Shown here one piece after another: positions 1 through 12,147 of a stretch of 64,000 bases of DNA. Where the stretch lies: positions 128,001-192,000 of the forward strand of contig JAWVXD010000005.1 of assembly GCA_033723415.1 (NCBI GenBank), in the 5' to 3' direction. The translations under genes and the position numbers were made by a program. Position 1 is the first letter of the stretch. The number at the start of each line of letters is the position of its first letter. Below the pieces are notes generated by a model. That model was not told the origin of the DNA, searched no databases, and was given only the letters and a program-made list of their open reading frames with translations. The stretch is from Sulfurospirillaceae bacterium. Its GTDB lineage: Bacteria; Campylobacterota; Campylobacteria; Campylobacterales; Sulfurospirillaceae.

Positions 1-233
1 AATTCTTTTAATAAAAAAGAGTCATTTTTAATGTGCACTTTTTTATCGCTGCTAATTCTTATCTCAAGTTCCGGAAGTTTTTTTACAACAGAAGATCTTG
101 AACCATCAGGCAAAACAATCTTCTCTTGATAAACCATAGCAGGAGTTGTAACCATCAAAATAGCTAGTAAAACTAGCATAATATCAACCAATGGGGTGAT
201 ATTTAATTCGGGAGCATCATCCCAATCAAACAT
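1..233 (-). CDS. exbD: ExbD/TolR biopolymer transport protein (5' part; runs off window start)
   Basis: Manual translation from ATG at 233 gives MFDWDDAPELNITPLVD, the ExbD/TolR N-terminal motif; overlaps the exbB stop. Confidence 0.88.
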   Translation of the reverse strand, partial: MFDWDDAPELNITPLVDIMLVLLAILMVTTPAMVYQEKIVLPDGSRSSVVKKLPELEIRISSDKKVHIKNDSFLLKE

Positions 234-828
234 TGCTACTTGAATCCTTGTTAGTTTTTTCTATATTTGCAAGTAGTAGTTCCATCTCTCTGTGAACACA
301 TACTAACACTTCATATGCTTTTCTTTTTAAGAACAGATGAATGCTATATGCAGGAATAGCAACAAATATCCCAGCAGCAGTAGCAATTAGAGCTTCACTG
401 ATTGCAGGAGCTATAACTCCAAGAGAAGCACTCCCGCTTTGTCCCAAACCACTGAATGTATCCAATATCGATACAACAGTTCCAAACAGGCCAATAAACG
501 GAGATGTTGAAGCAATTATAGATAAAATCCAAAGTCCATTTGTAGCATTCTTTTCCGCTACACTTTTGCATACGTTTAAAAGATTCTCTTGTGAACCTAT
601 AGCACTAGAACATTTACGCAGTATCGAGTCATCTCTCACATTTCTAGCACCCATAAGCATTGATTCTAATGAACTTTGTTCAACTCTAAGCCAAGAGTTA
701 AGAAAGAAATATCTGCTTAGTAAAACACCAAAAGTAGTTATAAAATATATTGATAACCACATAATTACAAATAATGTAATATAACTACTTCTGGAAAAAT
801 AATTTATTAATAAATCTACAGCTAACAT
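226..828 (-). CDS. exbB: MotA/TolQ/ExbB proton channel protein
   Basis: SPFIGLFGTV and APAISEALIATAAG motifs; three hydrophobic segments. Confidence 0.9.
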   Translation of the reverse strand: MLAVDLLINYFSRSSYITLFVIMWLSIYFITTFGVLLSRYFFLNSWLRVEQSSLESMLMGARNVRDDSILRKCSSAIGSQENLLNVCKSVAEKNATNGLWILSIIASTSPFIGLFGTVVSILDTFSGLGQSGSASLGVIAPAISEALIATAAGIFVAIPAYSIHLFLKRKAYEVLVCVHREMELLLANIEKTNKDSSSNV

Positions 829-834
829 ATTAGA

Positions 835-1227
835 TTAATGTCTATTTTTCAAAACAGAGTCAATTTTGGCAAATGCTGTTGCAATCGCCATATCAGAGTC
901 ACTCATACTTTTGATTAGTTTTTTACCGTCCTCTATAGCTTTGGATACTGCACTATCATTGTCACCAATAATAGCTACAGCACCATCAACTAAAACAGTT
1001 ACTTTACTTTCATCGATCTTTGTATGTCCCCAGTCAATAGCTACGATTTCATGTTTTGAATTCTGAAGTTCTATATCAATAATCCCTGCTTTTAAAAGAG
1101 ATACTAAGGAAGCGTGGTGCGGTAAAACACCAAACTCACCTTCACTTCCTGGAAGAGTAACACTTTTTACATCATCTTCAAAAATTTTACCATCTGGAGT
1201 TACAATCTCAAGTTTCAATGTTTCCAT
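835..1227 (-). CDS. atpC: ATP synthase epsilon subunit
   Basis: LEIVTPDG...GEFGVLPHH motif; follows atpD. Confidence 0.97.
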   Translation of the reverse strand: METLKLEIVTPDGKIFEDDVKSVTLPGSEGEFGVLPHHASLVSLLKAGIIDIELQNSKHEIVAIDWGHTKIDESKVTVLVDGAVAIIGDNDSAVSKAIEDGKKLIKSMSDSDMAIATAFAKIDSVLKNRH

Positions 1228-1247
1228 AATTTTACCTTATTTAAAGC

Positions 1248-2678
<1,431 letters not shown>

Positions 2679-3569
2679 TTATTTCATAGACTCAACACCA
2701 CTGATTATCTCTATTAATTCAGTAGTAATTGACTCTTGTCTAGCTTTATTATAAGCTAGTGTTAACTTATGTACACGCTCTGCTGCATTATTTGTTGCAT
2801 TATCCATAGCTTGCATTCTTGCACTATGTTCTGCTGCCAAAGAATCAATAAGGGCATAATACATATTGTACTCAAAATATTTTTTTATTAGTGAATTGAG
2901 TATAGTTTCATCTTCTTCCGGTTCCAATTCCATCATAGATTTGGATTCTTCTTCTTGTGTGCTTATTATAGGCTCGGCTATAGGAACAACATCTACAACT
3001 TTTAATTCTTGAGATATCATATTCTTGTAACCGTTGTGAACCAAGATAACTTTGTCTGTAAGTCCACTTTCAAAATCTTCTATCGCTTTAGTAATAATAT
3101 CTTGCGCTTTTTCATAAGTTGGAGATGAACTAATTCCGATATAGTTCTGTAAAAGGTTAACTCCTTGAAATCTAAAGAAATCTATCCCTTTTCTTCCTAC
3201 AGCAATCAATCTTACTTCAATATTTTTTTCACTATATTCATGGATTAATCTTTGAACTTGCTTAATAGTTTGAATATTAAATCCACCACACAAGCCTTTA
3301 TCTGCCGTAACAAAGATTATATCAACTTTTTGAATATTTTTTTCAAGATCAAAATATCGACTATCAATCCCACCTATCTTATATTGGTTTATTTTATAAG
3401 CAATTTCAGATAAAACTTCATTTATTTTTTGTGCATACACTCTAGATTTTTTTGCCGCCATCTCTGCTCTTCTTAGCTTTGCAGTAGATACCAGTTTCAT
3501 GGCTCTAGTTGTTTTTTTGGTGTTTTCTACACTTTTAATTTTTCTTTTTATCTCTTTTAGATTTGCCAT
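2679..3569 (-). CDS. atpG: ATP synthase gamma subunit
   Basis: DKGLCGGFN and [12 protein letters not shown] motifs. Confidence 0.99.
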   Translation of the reverse strand: MANLKEIKRKIKSVENTKKTTRAMKLVSTAKLRRAEMAAKKSRVYAQKINEVLSEIAYKINQYKIGGIDSRYFDLEKNIQKVDIIFVTADKGLCGGFNIQTIKQVQRLIHEYSEKNIEVRLIAVGRKGIDFFRFQGVNLLQNYIGISSSPTYEKAQDIITKAIEDFESGLTDKVILVHNGYKNMISQELKVVDVVPIAEPIISTQEEESKSMMELEPEEDETILNSLIKKYFEYNMYYALIDSLAAEHSARMQAMDNATNNAAERVHKLTLAYNKARQESITTELIEIISGVESMK

Positions 3570-3578
3570 AGCTTATCC

Positions 3579-5096
3579 TTATTTCACTATAAATGTTGCT
3601 TTAAACTCATTCAATGCTACACTTAATAGTTCTTCTAAGTCTTTATCAATCATTTTTTTATTTCTGATTTGCTCTAGAATTTGTGGAAATTTTGCTTCTA
3701 TAAAAGAATCTAATTCTGCTTCAAATTTTGTCACGTCTTCCACTTCGATATCATCTAAGAATCCTTTTGCACCAGCATAAACAATAACAACTTGCTTCTC
3801 TACAGGAAGAGGTGAATAAGGTGGTTGCTTTAGAACTTCAACCATTCTTTGTCCTCTTTCTAACTGATTTCTACTTGATTCGTCTAAGTCACTCGCAAAT
3901 TGAGCAAATGCTTGCAATTCTCTATATTGAGCCAAATCAAGTCTCAAAGTACCGGCAACTTGCTTGGTAGCCTTGATTTGAGCAGCACCACCAACACGAG
4001 AAACTGAAAGTCCGACATTGATAGCTGGACGTATTCCTGAGTTGAAAAGATCTGATTCCAAGAATATTTGACCATCTGTGATAGATATAACATTTGTAGG
4101 AATATATGCTGAAACATCACCTGCCTGTGTTTCGATAATAGGAAGAGCTGTCAAACTTCCTGCGCCTAGTTCATCACTTAGTTTTGCAGCACGTTCAAGT
4201 AATCTAGAGTGTAGATAAAAAACATCTCCAGGATATGCTTCACGACCCGGAGGACGTCTTAATATCAGTGACATTTCACGATAAGCCACGGCATGCTTTG
4301 AAAGATCATCATATACAATTAGTCCGTGTCTTGAGCTGTCTCTAAAATATTCACCCATAGAAACACCTGCATATGGAGCTAGGTACTGCAGTGTTGCTGA
4401 GTCTGATGCTCCTGCTGCAACTACAATTGTATATTCCATAGCGCCATGCTCTTCTAATTTTTTAACTATCTGAGCTATTGTTGATTGTTTTTGTCCAATA
4501 GCAACATAGATACACACAACATCTTGTCCCTTTTGATTTATGATAGTATCAATTGCAACAGTTGTTTTCCCTGTTTGCCTATCGCCGATGATAAGTTCTC
4601 TTTGTCCTCGACCTATCGGGACAAGTGCATCAATAGCTTTTATACCTGTTTGAAGTGGTTCATGTACTGATTTTCTGGCCATAATACCTAGTGCTTTTTC
4701 TTCAACAAATCTTGTTTCTGTTGTTTCAATCGGGCCTTTTCCGTCTATTGGATCTCCAAGTGGATTAACAACACGACCTATTAGTGCTTCTCCTACAGGA
4801 ACTCTAAGAAGTTTACCAAGTCTTTTTACAGATGTTCCTTCTTTAACATCAGATCCACTACCTAAAATAACGATACCGACACTTGATTCTTCAAGATTTA
4901 GTGCCATACCTCTTTCGCCATCTTCAAATTCAACCATTTCTCCGGCCATAACATTTTTCAAACCATAGACATTGGCAACACCATCAGCTATTGAGATAAC
5001 TTTTCCGGTTTCTTCAACATCTATATTTAATTCAAAATTTTCGATACGCTCTTTAATGATTGAACTGATTTCGTCAGCTTTCATTTTTACTCCCAC
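3579..5096 (-). CDS. atpA: ATP synthase alpha subunit
   Basis: [23 protein letters not shown] start after AAGGAG. Confidence 0.99.
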   Translation of the reverse strand: MGVKMKADEISSIIKERIENFELNIDVEETGKVISIADGVANVYGLKNVMAGEMVEFEDGERGMALNLEESSVGIVILGSGSDVKEGTSVKRLGKLLRVPVGEALIGRVVNPLGDPIDGKGPIETTETRFVEEKALGIMARKSVHEPLQTGIKAIDALVPIGRGQRELIIGDRQTGKTTVAIDTIINQKGQDVVCIYVAIGQKQSTIAQIVKKLEEHGAMEYTIVVAAGASDSATLQYLAPYAGVSMGEYFRDSSRHGLIVYDDLSKHAVAYREMSLILRRPPGREAYPGDVFYLHSRLLERAAKLSDELGAGSLTALPIIETQAGDVSAYIPTNVISITDGQIFLESDLFNSGIRPAINVGLSVSRVGGAAQIKATKQVAGTLRLDLAQYRELQAFAQFASDLDESSRNQLERGQRMVEVLKQPPYSPLPVEKQVVIVYAGAKGFLDDIEVEDVTKFEAELDSFIEAKFPQILEQIRNKKMIDKDLEELLSVALNEFKATFIVK

Positions 5097-5134
5097 AAAA
5101 TACTCCTTAAATTCTTTTTAATTTAATTTATTTA

Positions 5135-5192
5135 TTAGCTTGAAAAACCCAAACTAAATTAATCTCATTAAAGTTACGACTCTCGTCGAGAA
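5135..5192. repeat. Copy 1 of a ~60 nt structured intergenic repeat (atpH-atpA spacer)
   Basis: Core 5164-5192 matches 7706-7733 at 25 of 29 positions; adjacent hairpin shows compensatory changes. Confidence 0.75.
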
Positions 5193-5205
5193 CTCTAAAG
5201 CTTCT

Positions 5206-5736
5206 TTATATTGCTTTTAAAATATGCTCTGCCATTTGTGCTTTTAAACGATTTATAGAAAAACTAATCTCTAAACCTAAATCATCTATTTCAACTTTTA
5301 CTCCAGGATATTGTTCCTTTGACACATTTAATTTTATATCTGAATTAAATTTTTTACTAAAATTTTCTTCCAACATCTTAAGTTTATCATCAGATATGTC
5401 AAAATCACTTGATATAACTGCTTCGTATTGATTGTTTTTTACTGCCATTTGATATTTAAATTCATCACAAATTTGTGGAATCAAACTCAACCTGTCATTA
5501 TCGTTAAGCAGTTTTATAAAATTGATAAATTTTTTATCTTCCGTTTCTGTTAAAGACAATACAAACTGTTCTTTTTGTTTTTTATCTATATCCGGAGACT
5601 GAATGATATTTATAAATTTTTTATCATTATAAACTAAGGACAATTTTTGAAGTATCTCCATAGTAGCTTTCAATTTATCTTCGCTACTGCTTTTTATCAA
5701 AGCATTTACGTATTTTTTAGCTATTTCTCCACTCAT
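5206..5736 (-). CDS. atpH: ATP synthase delta subunit
   Basis: IAKKYVNAL N-terminus; position between atpF and atpA. Confidence 0.93.
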   Translation of the reverse strand: MSGEIAKKYVNALIKSSSEDKLKATMEILQKLSLVYNDKKFINIIQSPDIDKKQKEQFVLSLTETEDKKFINFIKLLNDNDRLSLIPQICDEFKYQMAVKNNQYEAVISSDFDISDDKLKMLEENFSKKFNSDIKLNVSKEQYPGVKVEIDDLGLEISFSINRLKAQMAEHILKAI

Positions 5737-6264
5737 CTAGGCAACCTTTTTCATGACAATATCCAACATTTTGTCTTTTTCTAAAGAAATTGAATCTGCT
5801 TTGAACATCTCATCTAAAATTTCAGAAATGACTTCTCTAGTCATTTTTCGTCTTTCAATTTGAATCTGATCTTCAAACCCTTTTTTCATAATTTCTAATT
5901 CCATCTCTAGGTCTGAGAAAATTTTGGATTTTACTATCTCAATTTCTTCTTTAGTTGTTTCAACAATATTTTTTGCTTGAACTTTTGCTTTTGTAATAAG
6001 TTCCTTTGCTTCTTCTTTTTCTTTGTTGCTTTCTTTTAATTTTTCCTGTATAGAATTTAGTCTATCTGCTATAGCGGTTTTTCTTCCTACAAAAAAGTTC
6101 TTAATAGGTTCAGCTATTAAATAATATAAAATACCTGCAAAAATAAAGAAGTTGATAGCTCTTGGAATAATATCATACTCAGCACCACCGCTTTCTCCTG
6201 TTGCAGCAAAAATAACTGTAGGAACTGTAAGTAAGACTATGTAGAGTTTATTTTTCATACGCAT
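5737..6264 (-). CDS. atpF: ATP synthase F0 subunit b
   Basis: INFFIFAGILYYL membrane anchor followed by coiled coil; operon position. Confidence 0.92.
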   Translation of the reverse strand: MRMKNKLYIVLLTVPTVIFAATGESGGAEYDIIPRAINFFIFAGILYYLIAEPIKNFFVGRKTAIADRLNSIQEKLKESNKEKEEAKELITKAKVQAKNIVETTKEEIEIVKSKIFSDLEMELEIMKKGFEDQIQIERRKMTREVISEILDEMFKADSISLEKDKMLDIVMKKVA

Positions 6265-6269
6265 ATCTC

Positions 6270-6695
6270 CTAGATTCGACTTAATTTAGTTTTAATATCT
6301 TCATTGAAAGCAGGTAAACTTTCAAGCAATGCATTTTTTAATTCAACTTTTTGAGCACTTAGCTCTTTTAAATAATTTGCAAAATCACTTTCCGCCAAAT
6401 TTTTATTTTTTTCTATTTTTTTAGCAGCTTCATCCCTAGCAGCACTCAAGGCAGCCTCTCTTATTTTATTTGCTTCAGTCTTAGCATCTAAAATAATTTT
6501 TTCTGCTTCTTCTTTGTAAGCAGCAATATCATTATTGTTTTTGCCCGCATTTTCCAAATCTTTTTTTATGGATTTATCCCGATTCTCCATAAAATTTAAA
6601 AGCGGTCGATATAATGTTTTGTTTAACAAGACCAACAAAATCAAAAAAATAACACCGGTTACCAATAAAAGCGCCGGTATAACATCCAAATGCAT
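6270..6695 (-). CDS. atpF': ATP synthase F0 subunit b'
   Basis: N-terminal TM, LYRPLLNFMENR motif, coiled coil. Confidence 0.9.
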   Translation of the reverse strand: MHLDVIPALLLVTGVIFLILLVLLNKTLYRPLLNFMENRDKSIKKDLENAGKNNNDIAAYKEEAEKIILDAKTEANKIREAALSAARDEAAKKIEKNKNLAESDFANYLKELSAQKVELKNALLESLPAFNEDIKTKLSRI

Positions 6696-6806
6696 ATATT
6701 TACTCCTCCATATTGAGATTATACTAGATAAAATTTATTTTATTCAGATTCTAAAACGCACAGATTTTACCATAAGTTTATATATTGTTTTATTAAACAG
6801 ATAAAT

Positions 6807-7661
6807 CTATGATAATTTTTTGAAAAACTTATCTATTTTTTCTTCGCTGTCGAGTGTTATAGTTATACTATTTTTGCTAACTTTACTTTTAAATCCAAGC
6901 TCATGTAGTTTTATTTTAACGCTCTTTAGATTTTCTTGTGCTATGGTCAAAGGTTTTTGTTTTTTTTCAGTTAAATTACTTTTAGATTTAAGTTTTTTAA
7001 CTAGAAGTTCCGTATCTCTAACACTTAATTTTTGCCCTAATATCGTATTTACTACGTCAAGCTCATCTTCTTTAGACAATCCAACTATGATTTTGGCATG
7101 TCCTTGAGATAATTTTCCGTTGGCTAGTAGATCTTTTGTTTTTTCATCTAGAGAGAGCAACCTGATAGTATTTGTTATTTGTGTTCTACTTTTGTGTATA
7201 ATACTCGATAGACCTTCTTGAGTAATACTATATTCTTCAATTAGCTCTTTGTAAGAAATCGCCAATTCTATAGGATTTAGATCTTCTCTTTGAATATTTT
7301 CAATTAAAGCTAATTCTCTGAGATTTTTAGACTCGATATCAGCGATGATTGCTTTGATCTTGTCTATTCCTGCCAACTTTGTGGCACGAAGTCTTCTCTC
7401 TCCTGCCAACAGCACAAATCTGTCATCCTTCTTGATAACAATAATCGGCTGTAACAGACCATGCTGTTTTATAGACTCGCTTAACTCATGCAAAGCTTCT
7501 TCATTAAAATATGTTCTTGGCTGATAAGGATTTGGAGAAATCAACTCTACAGGTATCTCTCTAACTAAATCATTTGAATCTTCTATATCTTGTCTGTAAG
7601 CTTCTTCAACATCATCTATTATAGCACTAAGACCTCTTCCCAAAGCTTTTTTTGCACTCAT
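6807..7661 (-). CDS. parB: ParB/Spo0J partitioning protein
   Basis: LGRGL, PNPYQPR, GERRLRA, ENIQREDL motifs; ATG at 7661 after AGGAG. Confidence 0.97.
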   Translation of the reverse strand: MSAKKALGRGLSAIIDDVEEAYRQDIEDSNDLVREIPVELISPNPYQPRTYFNEEALHELSESIKQHGLLQPIIVIKKDDRFVLLAGERRLRATKLAGIDKIKAIIADIESKNLRELALIENIQREDLNPIELAISYKELIEEYSITQEGLSSIIHKSRTQITNTIRLLSLDEKTKDLLANGKLSQGHAKIIVGLSKEDELDVVNTILGQKLSVRDTELLVKKLKSKSNLTEKKQKPLTIAQENLKSVKIKLHELGFKSKVSKNSITITLDSEEKIDKFFKKLS

Positions 7662-7741
7662 CAACTGTCTCCTTTGACTTGAAACTCGTCCAAAGTCAAA
7701 TTCCTCTCACTAAAGCTACGATTCCGTCGAGAATTTATCAT
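7661..7741 (-). CDS. Possible 26-aa mini-ORF MINSRRNRSFSERNLTLDEFQVKGDS spanning the repeat element
   Basis: AGGAG RBS upstream, open frame, TGATG overlap with parB start; could be fortuitous. Confidence 0.3.
   Translation of the reverse strand: MINSRRNRSFSERNLTLDEFQVKGDS
7673..7733. repeat. Copy 2 of the structured intergenic repeat (parA-parB spacer)
   Basis: Similar to 5135-5192; flanked by direct repeat TCAAC(T/C)GTCTCCTTT at 7661 and 7743. Confidence 0.75.
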
Positions 7742-7755
7742 ATCAACCGTCTCCT

Positions 7756-8541
7756 TTAGCTTGCTAAAATTGAATTAGCTAGATTTTGGTAAGCTTGAGA
7801 GCCTGCAGAAGTCACATCATATAAAATGATTGGTTTTCCAAAACTTGGAGATTCTGCTAATTTTATATTTCTAGGAATAACAACATAAGAAGATGATTTT
7901 TTATCTAAAAATAATTTATTTTTAAAATGTTGTTTCAAATCGGCAAATACTTGTTTAGAAAGATTATTTTGCTTACTATACATCGTAGGTAAAAAACCTT
8001 TGATATCAAGATTTGGATTTATGGTTTTTTTGATAAGTTTAACAGTGTTCAAAAGTTGAGCCAATCCTTCCAATGCAAAGAACTCACACTGAATAGGTAT
8101 AATTACAGAGTTAGCTGCGCTTAAAGCATTTATCGTAATACTTCCTAATGCAGGAGGTGAATCTATTATAATATAATCATAATCTTTTTTTATTTCTTCA
8201 ATCTTATTCTTTAGAATTAACTCTCTGCCCTTTGTTTTTGCATCATAAAACTCTTTTTCTACACCGACCAACCCAATGTTTGAGGGAGCAAGATGCAATG
8301 TAGGGAGAGAAGTATTCAAAATTACTTCAGAAAGTTTTTTTCTATCTATCAAAACATGATATATGTTATATTCATAGTCACTTCTATGAAACCCTAGACC
8401 GGTAGTAGCATTTGATTGCGGATCTATATCTATAAGTAAGACTTTCTTCTCTGCAACTGCTAGAGATGCAGCAAGATTAATCGCCGTTGTAGTTTTACCA
8501 ACGCCACCCTTTTGATTTGCTATAGCTATAATTTCACTCAT
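7756..8541 (-). CDS. parA: ParA/Soj ATPase
   Basis: NQKGGVGKTTT deviant Walker A, DIDPQSNAT, DSPP. Confidence 0.97.
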   Translation of the reverse strand: MSEIIAIANQKGGVGKTTTAINLAASLAVAEKKVLLIDIDPQSNATTGLGFHRSDYEYNIYHVLIDRKKLSEVILNTSLPTLHLAPSNIGLVGVEKEFYDAKTKGRELILKNKIEEIKKDYDYIIIDSPPALGSITINALSAANSVIIPIQCEFFALEGLAQLLNTVKLIKKTINPNLDIKGFLPTMYSKQNNLSKQVFADLKQHFKNKLFLDKKSSSYVVIPRNIKLAESPSFGKPIILYDVTSAGSQAYQNLANSILAS

Positions 8542-9173
8542 CTTAAACCATACACCTTTTTATTTTCTATCTCTACAGAACCATCATGGCACAGTGTCGC
8601 ATCCGATAAAGACTTCAATTCACTACCCAAATGAAAGAAGTGATCTTTATGATTTTCATATTCTATCTTATATTTACTAAAAACTTTCTTCCATGTAATT
8701 TTTTTATCTAATACTTCTAAAAAATTATTTGCAAAAGTTCTAGGTTCGATAAAGACATCTAAAATGCCAAATTCAGGTGGTGCTTCTACTACATTAATGC
8801 CCATTGAACCTATCATTAAATTTCCGATTTTCGTAGTAATAACCCCTCCGATTTTTTTGTCATCTATATATATATCATTTGGCCATTTTATCCAAATCTT
8901 CGAGCCATAAGTCAATAAAACTTCTTTCGCTAACCAAGCAAAATATATAGAAGTTGATGCTAATTGTAAATCTTTAGGTAAGTGTTTCTCTTCTACACAA
9001 AATGATATAAAAATATTTCCATATTGCCCTATCCAAGAATTTCCTCTACTGCCAATGCCGTCACTTTGAAAATCAGTACCTATTAAAGTTGCTTCTTTGA
9101 TTTCACCACTTTTAACCTGAGATACAAGATATTTGTGGGTAGAATCAATAGTATTAAACCAGTTTATCACCAA
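8538..9173 (-). CDS. birA: Biotin--protein ligase (no HTH); start approximate
   Basis: IDSTH, QSDGIGSRGNSW, KWPND, KKIGG motifs. Confidence 0.93.
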   Translation of the reverse strand: MVINWFNTIDSTHKYLVSQVKSGEIKEATLIGTDFQSDGIGSRGNSWIGQYGNIFISFCVEEKHLPKDLQLASTSIYFAWLAKEVLLTYGSKIWIKWPNDIYIDDKKIGGVITTKIGNLMIGSMGINVVEAPPEFGILDVFIEPRTFANNFLEVLDKKITWKKVFSKYKIEYENHKDHFFHLGSELKSLSDATLCHDGSVEIENKKVYGLR

Positions 9174-10071
9174 TGTTTTGCCTTTTACCACGAATATAAT
9201 CTACTACATTTATCTCTTTTTTTGATGGTGCTTGAACTTTTTTAATCTTTAACAATCCTCTTTTACAAGTAACTACGACACCATCTTCTAAAATATTTTG
9301 TATGATTCCATCTTCGTCATTATTAGTTTTTTCATCAAGTAGCTCAAGCTCTTTGATTTTTAGCCCATTTTGCGTAAAGATCCCAGGCCAGGGAACAAAT
9401 GCTCTATATTTAGTGTATATCTGGGTAGCATTTTCAAAATTTTCGATAAGTCCATTTTCTTTTTTTATTTTTTTACAATATGTTGCATCTGCATTCAACT
9501 GCTCAATAGGTTTTACAAATTTAAAATCCTCAATAACCCTCAAACATAAAGAAGCTGCAGCAGTTGAAAGTTCATAAAAAAGTTCATCTACTCGTTTATC
9601 TATACTTTCAACATATCTAAAAGCTAAAATGTCTCCGCTGTCAAGTCCTTCTTCCATTTGCATTGCAGTAACACCTGTATATTTGTCATTATTCAGGATT
9701 GAAGATTGAATTGGACTAGCTCCTCTAAAATGAGGTAATATAGATGCGTGTAAGTTAATGCAAGGAGCAATATCCAGGATTGGTTTGGGCAATATTTGTC
9801 CATATGCTGCTACTATGATAATATCAGGATGATATGAAATGATTTTTTCTTTAACTCCATCATTTCTAAGTGAATCAGGTTGAAATATGTCTATTTGGAT
9901 GTTATTATCAAGTGCCCATTTTTTGATATGAGGTGGAGTCAATATTTGTTTTCTGCCAACAGGTTTATCTTTTTGTGTGATCAAAAGAGGCACCGTTATA
10001 TTTTCCGCATTAACAAGCTTCTCTAAAATCTCTGTAGCATAATCAGGAGTTCCCATAAAAACTATGCGCAT
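9154..10071 (-). CDS. fmt: Methionyl-tRNA formyltransferase
   Basis: MRIVFMGTPDY, NLHASILPHFRGASPI; start trimmed to ATG 10071. Confidence 0.97.
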   Translation of the reverse strand: MRIVFMGTPDYATEILEKLVNAENITVPLLITQKDKPVGRKQILTPPHIKKWALDNNIQIDIFQPDSLRNDGVKEKIISYHPDIIIVAAYGQILPKPILDIAPCINLHASILPHFRGASPIQSSILNNDKYTGVTAMQMEEGLDSGDILAFRYVESIDKRVDELFYELSTAAASLCLRVIEDFKFVKPIEQLNADATYCKKIKKENGLIENFENATQIYTKYRAFVPWPGIFTQNGLKIKELELLDEKTNNDEDGIIQNILEDGVVVTCKRGLLKIKKVQAPSKKEINVVDYIRGKRQNIGDKLV

Positions 10072-10075
10072 ATAA

Positions 10076-10840
10076 CTATCCTCTACTTGTAAACAGTGTT
10101 CCACCTAGATGTTTGCCATCTAGCATAAAGCTTTCAACATCTTTTAGATCAAAACCGCTTGCAATAAACATATCTCTTCCTTTTTTCAACATATAATCTG
10201 CTGCTTTCAATTTAGTGACTATACCACCTGTTGCGAACTGAAACGTAGTTGAACTTTCAACCAATAATTCACTCTCCCCAATCTCTCGCACAACTTTTTT
10301 CATAACTGCATCATCATGTTTATTTGGATCTTTATCATAATATCCATCTATATCCGACAATAATATAAGCATCTGAGCATCAAAATAATGCGCTACTCTG
10401 GCAGATAGTTGGTCATTGTCACCAAATACAAGTTCTTCAGTTGCTGTTGCATCGTTTTCATTGATAATGGGCAAAATGCCGTTTTTGATCAAAGTTTCAA
10501 CTGTACATTTCGCATAATAGCAGCTTTTTCTTGAGTCAAAATCATCTGCAGTCAAAAGCAGTTGTGCTCCAACTTTACCGAATTTTTCAAGTTTTTTATT
10601 ATAAGTAGCCATAAGCTGAGGCTGACCTATAGCTGCTATTGCTTGTCTATTGTTTAAGTTATTTTTGTCAATCTTCAGTAGTGAGTATCCAGCAGCGACT
10701 GCACCTGATGAAACAAGAATCACTTCGTGCTTTTCCATAAGTTTTACTAAAAATTCTATCAGGTTTAAGATTCTTGGTTTGTAAAGTCTATTTTGTTCAC
10801 TTAAAACATGAGTCCCTACTTTTACAACGATTCTACTCAT
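10076..10840 (-). CDS. proB: Glutamate 5-kinase (no PUA domain)
   Basis: [36 protein letters not shown]. Confidence 0.96.
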   Translation of the reverse strand: MSRIVVKVGTHVLSEQNRLYKPRILNLIEFLVKLMEKHEVILVSSGAVAAGYSLLKIDKNNLNNRQAIAAIGQPQLMATYNKKLEKFGKVGAQLLLTADDFDSRKSCYYAKCTVETLIKNGILPIINENDATATEELVFGDNDQLSARVAHYFDAQMLILLSDIDGYYDKDPNKHDDAVMKKVVREIGESELLVESSTTFQFATGGIVTKLKAADYMLKKGRDMFIASGFDLKDVESFMLDGKHLGGTLFTSRG

Positions 10841-11918
10841 CGTCTTTTACCTCATATATTATATCGGCCAACGCATATTTTAATGGTTCTAGATTAATCT
10901 TTGCGATAGAAGATATAGGTATTACAAAGTACGGCAGTGTTTTATCTCTATCATATATGTCCTGCACAAAATATTCACATTTATCAGAATTATTATCGAT
11001 TTTTTTATCAATACCGACTAAATCCAGCATAAAAGATAATTTTTCATTTACACTTTTTGCATCAAGTGTATCACATCTTGTCAGCGCAATGGCAAATTCT
11101 CTTTTTGCTAAACTTGGAGAAAATTTTTCTACTTCTTGTTTCAAAGTTAGGTATTGTTCTTCTAAACTTCTGTAGCTTGATAAATCACACATAAATAATA
11201 AGAATTTTGTTCTCTCTATATGTTTTAAGAATTCTATACCAAGCCCTCTACCATCACTTGCTCCATCAATAATCCCAGGTATATCTGCCATAACAAAAGA
11301 CCTAAAATCACCGACATCTACAACACCTAATTTTGGAGTAAGAGTTGTAAATTCATAATTTGCTATTTCCGGGCTGGCATTTGAAACTGTAGATATAAGA
11401 GTAGATTTTCCAACATTTGGAAATCCAACAAGTCCTACGTCAGCTATAAGTTTAAGTTCAAGTTTAACTTCTTTGGTCGTACCAGGGATACCAGGCTGTG
11501 CATAGTTTGGTTTTTGATTCGTTGAGCTTTTAAAATGAACATTTCCTAATCCACCTTTTCCACCTTCTAAAAACAGTACTCTTTCATTATCATTTACCAA
11601 ATCATATAGTATTTCACCACTCTCCATATCTATTATCTGTGTACCAGGAGGGACAATCACTTCTAGAGATTCTCCAGATTTTCCATACATTTTTCTGCCC
11701 ATTCCAGGCTGCCCGTTTTGCGCTTTCAAATGCTGTTTTTTCCTAAAGTGAGACAGCGTATGGGTGTTGTTATCCACCTTAAAATACACATCACCGCCTT
11801 TACCGCCATCACCTCCATCGGGTCCACCTTGTATAACATGCTTTTCTCTTCTAAAAGATACACTTCCGGCGCCGCCCTTTCCTGAGCTTAGAGTTATTTC
11901 TACATTATCTATAAACAT
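10833..11918 (-). CDS. obgE: GTPase ObgE/CgtA
   Basis: Gly-rich Obg fold, [19 protein letters not shown]. Confidence 0.98.
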   Translation of the reverse strand: MFIDNVEITLSSGKGGAGSVSFRREKHVIQGGPDGGDGGKGGDVYFKVDNNTHTLSHFRKKQHLKAQNGQPGMGRKMYGKSGESLEVIVPPGTQIIDMESGEILYDLVNDNERVLFLEGGKGGLGNVHFKSSTNQKPNYAQPGIPGTTKEVKLELKLIADVGLVGFPNVGKSTLISTVSNASPEIANYEFTTLTPKLGVVDVGDFRSFVMADIPGIIDGASDGRGLGIEFLKHIERTKFLLFMCDLSSYRSLEEQYLTLKQEVEKFSPSLAKREFAIALTRCDTLDAKSVNEKLSFMLDLVGIDKKIDNNSDKCEYFVQDIYDRDKTLPYFVIPISSIAKINLEPLKYALADIIYEVKDDE

Positions 11919-11940
11919 TTAAATGCCTTTTCTTAAATCA

Positions 11941-12065
11941 TTATGTTTTTTGCCAAATTAAATCATAAATCTTGTTAATCATAACAGAATATCACAAAGA
12001 GTTTTCTTGTGAAGCCGCATGTGCTACTTTTGTTCTCCAAGAGATCATTTTGGCGAAAATCATAA
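11941..12065. repeat. 125 bp element with 17 bp imperfect terminal inverted repeats (MITE/REP-like)
   Basis: TTATGTTTTTTGCCAAA vs reverse complement of right end TTATGATTTTCGCCAAA (15/17); internal hairpins. Confidence 0.55.
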
Positions 12066-12112
12066 ATAAGATGTATTTTAAAATAAATTTGGATAAATAG
12101 CACTTAATGTGC

Positions 12113-12141
12113 AAAAAAGAGGAGGTGGAAAAAATCCACCT
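12113..12141 (-). terminator. Likely intrinsic terminator after rpmA
   Basis: AGGTGGA/TCCACCT stem followed on the minus strand by CCTCTTTTTT. Confidence 0.6.
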
Positions 12142-12147
12142 ATTAAA

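Noticed and set aside
7673..7733. Hammerhead ribozyme reading of the repeat (contains GAAAC)
   Set aside because: The CUGANGA core is absent on either strand.
6696..8541. parS site near parAB
   Set aside because: No TGTTTCACGTGAAACA-like palindrome seen by eye.
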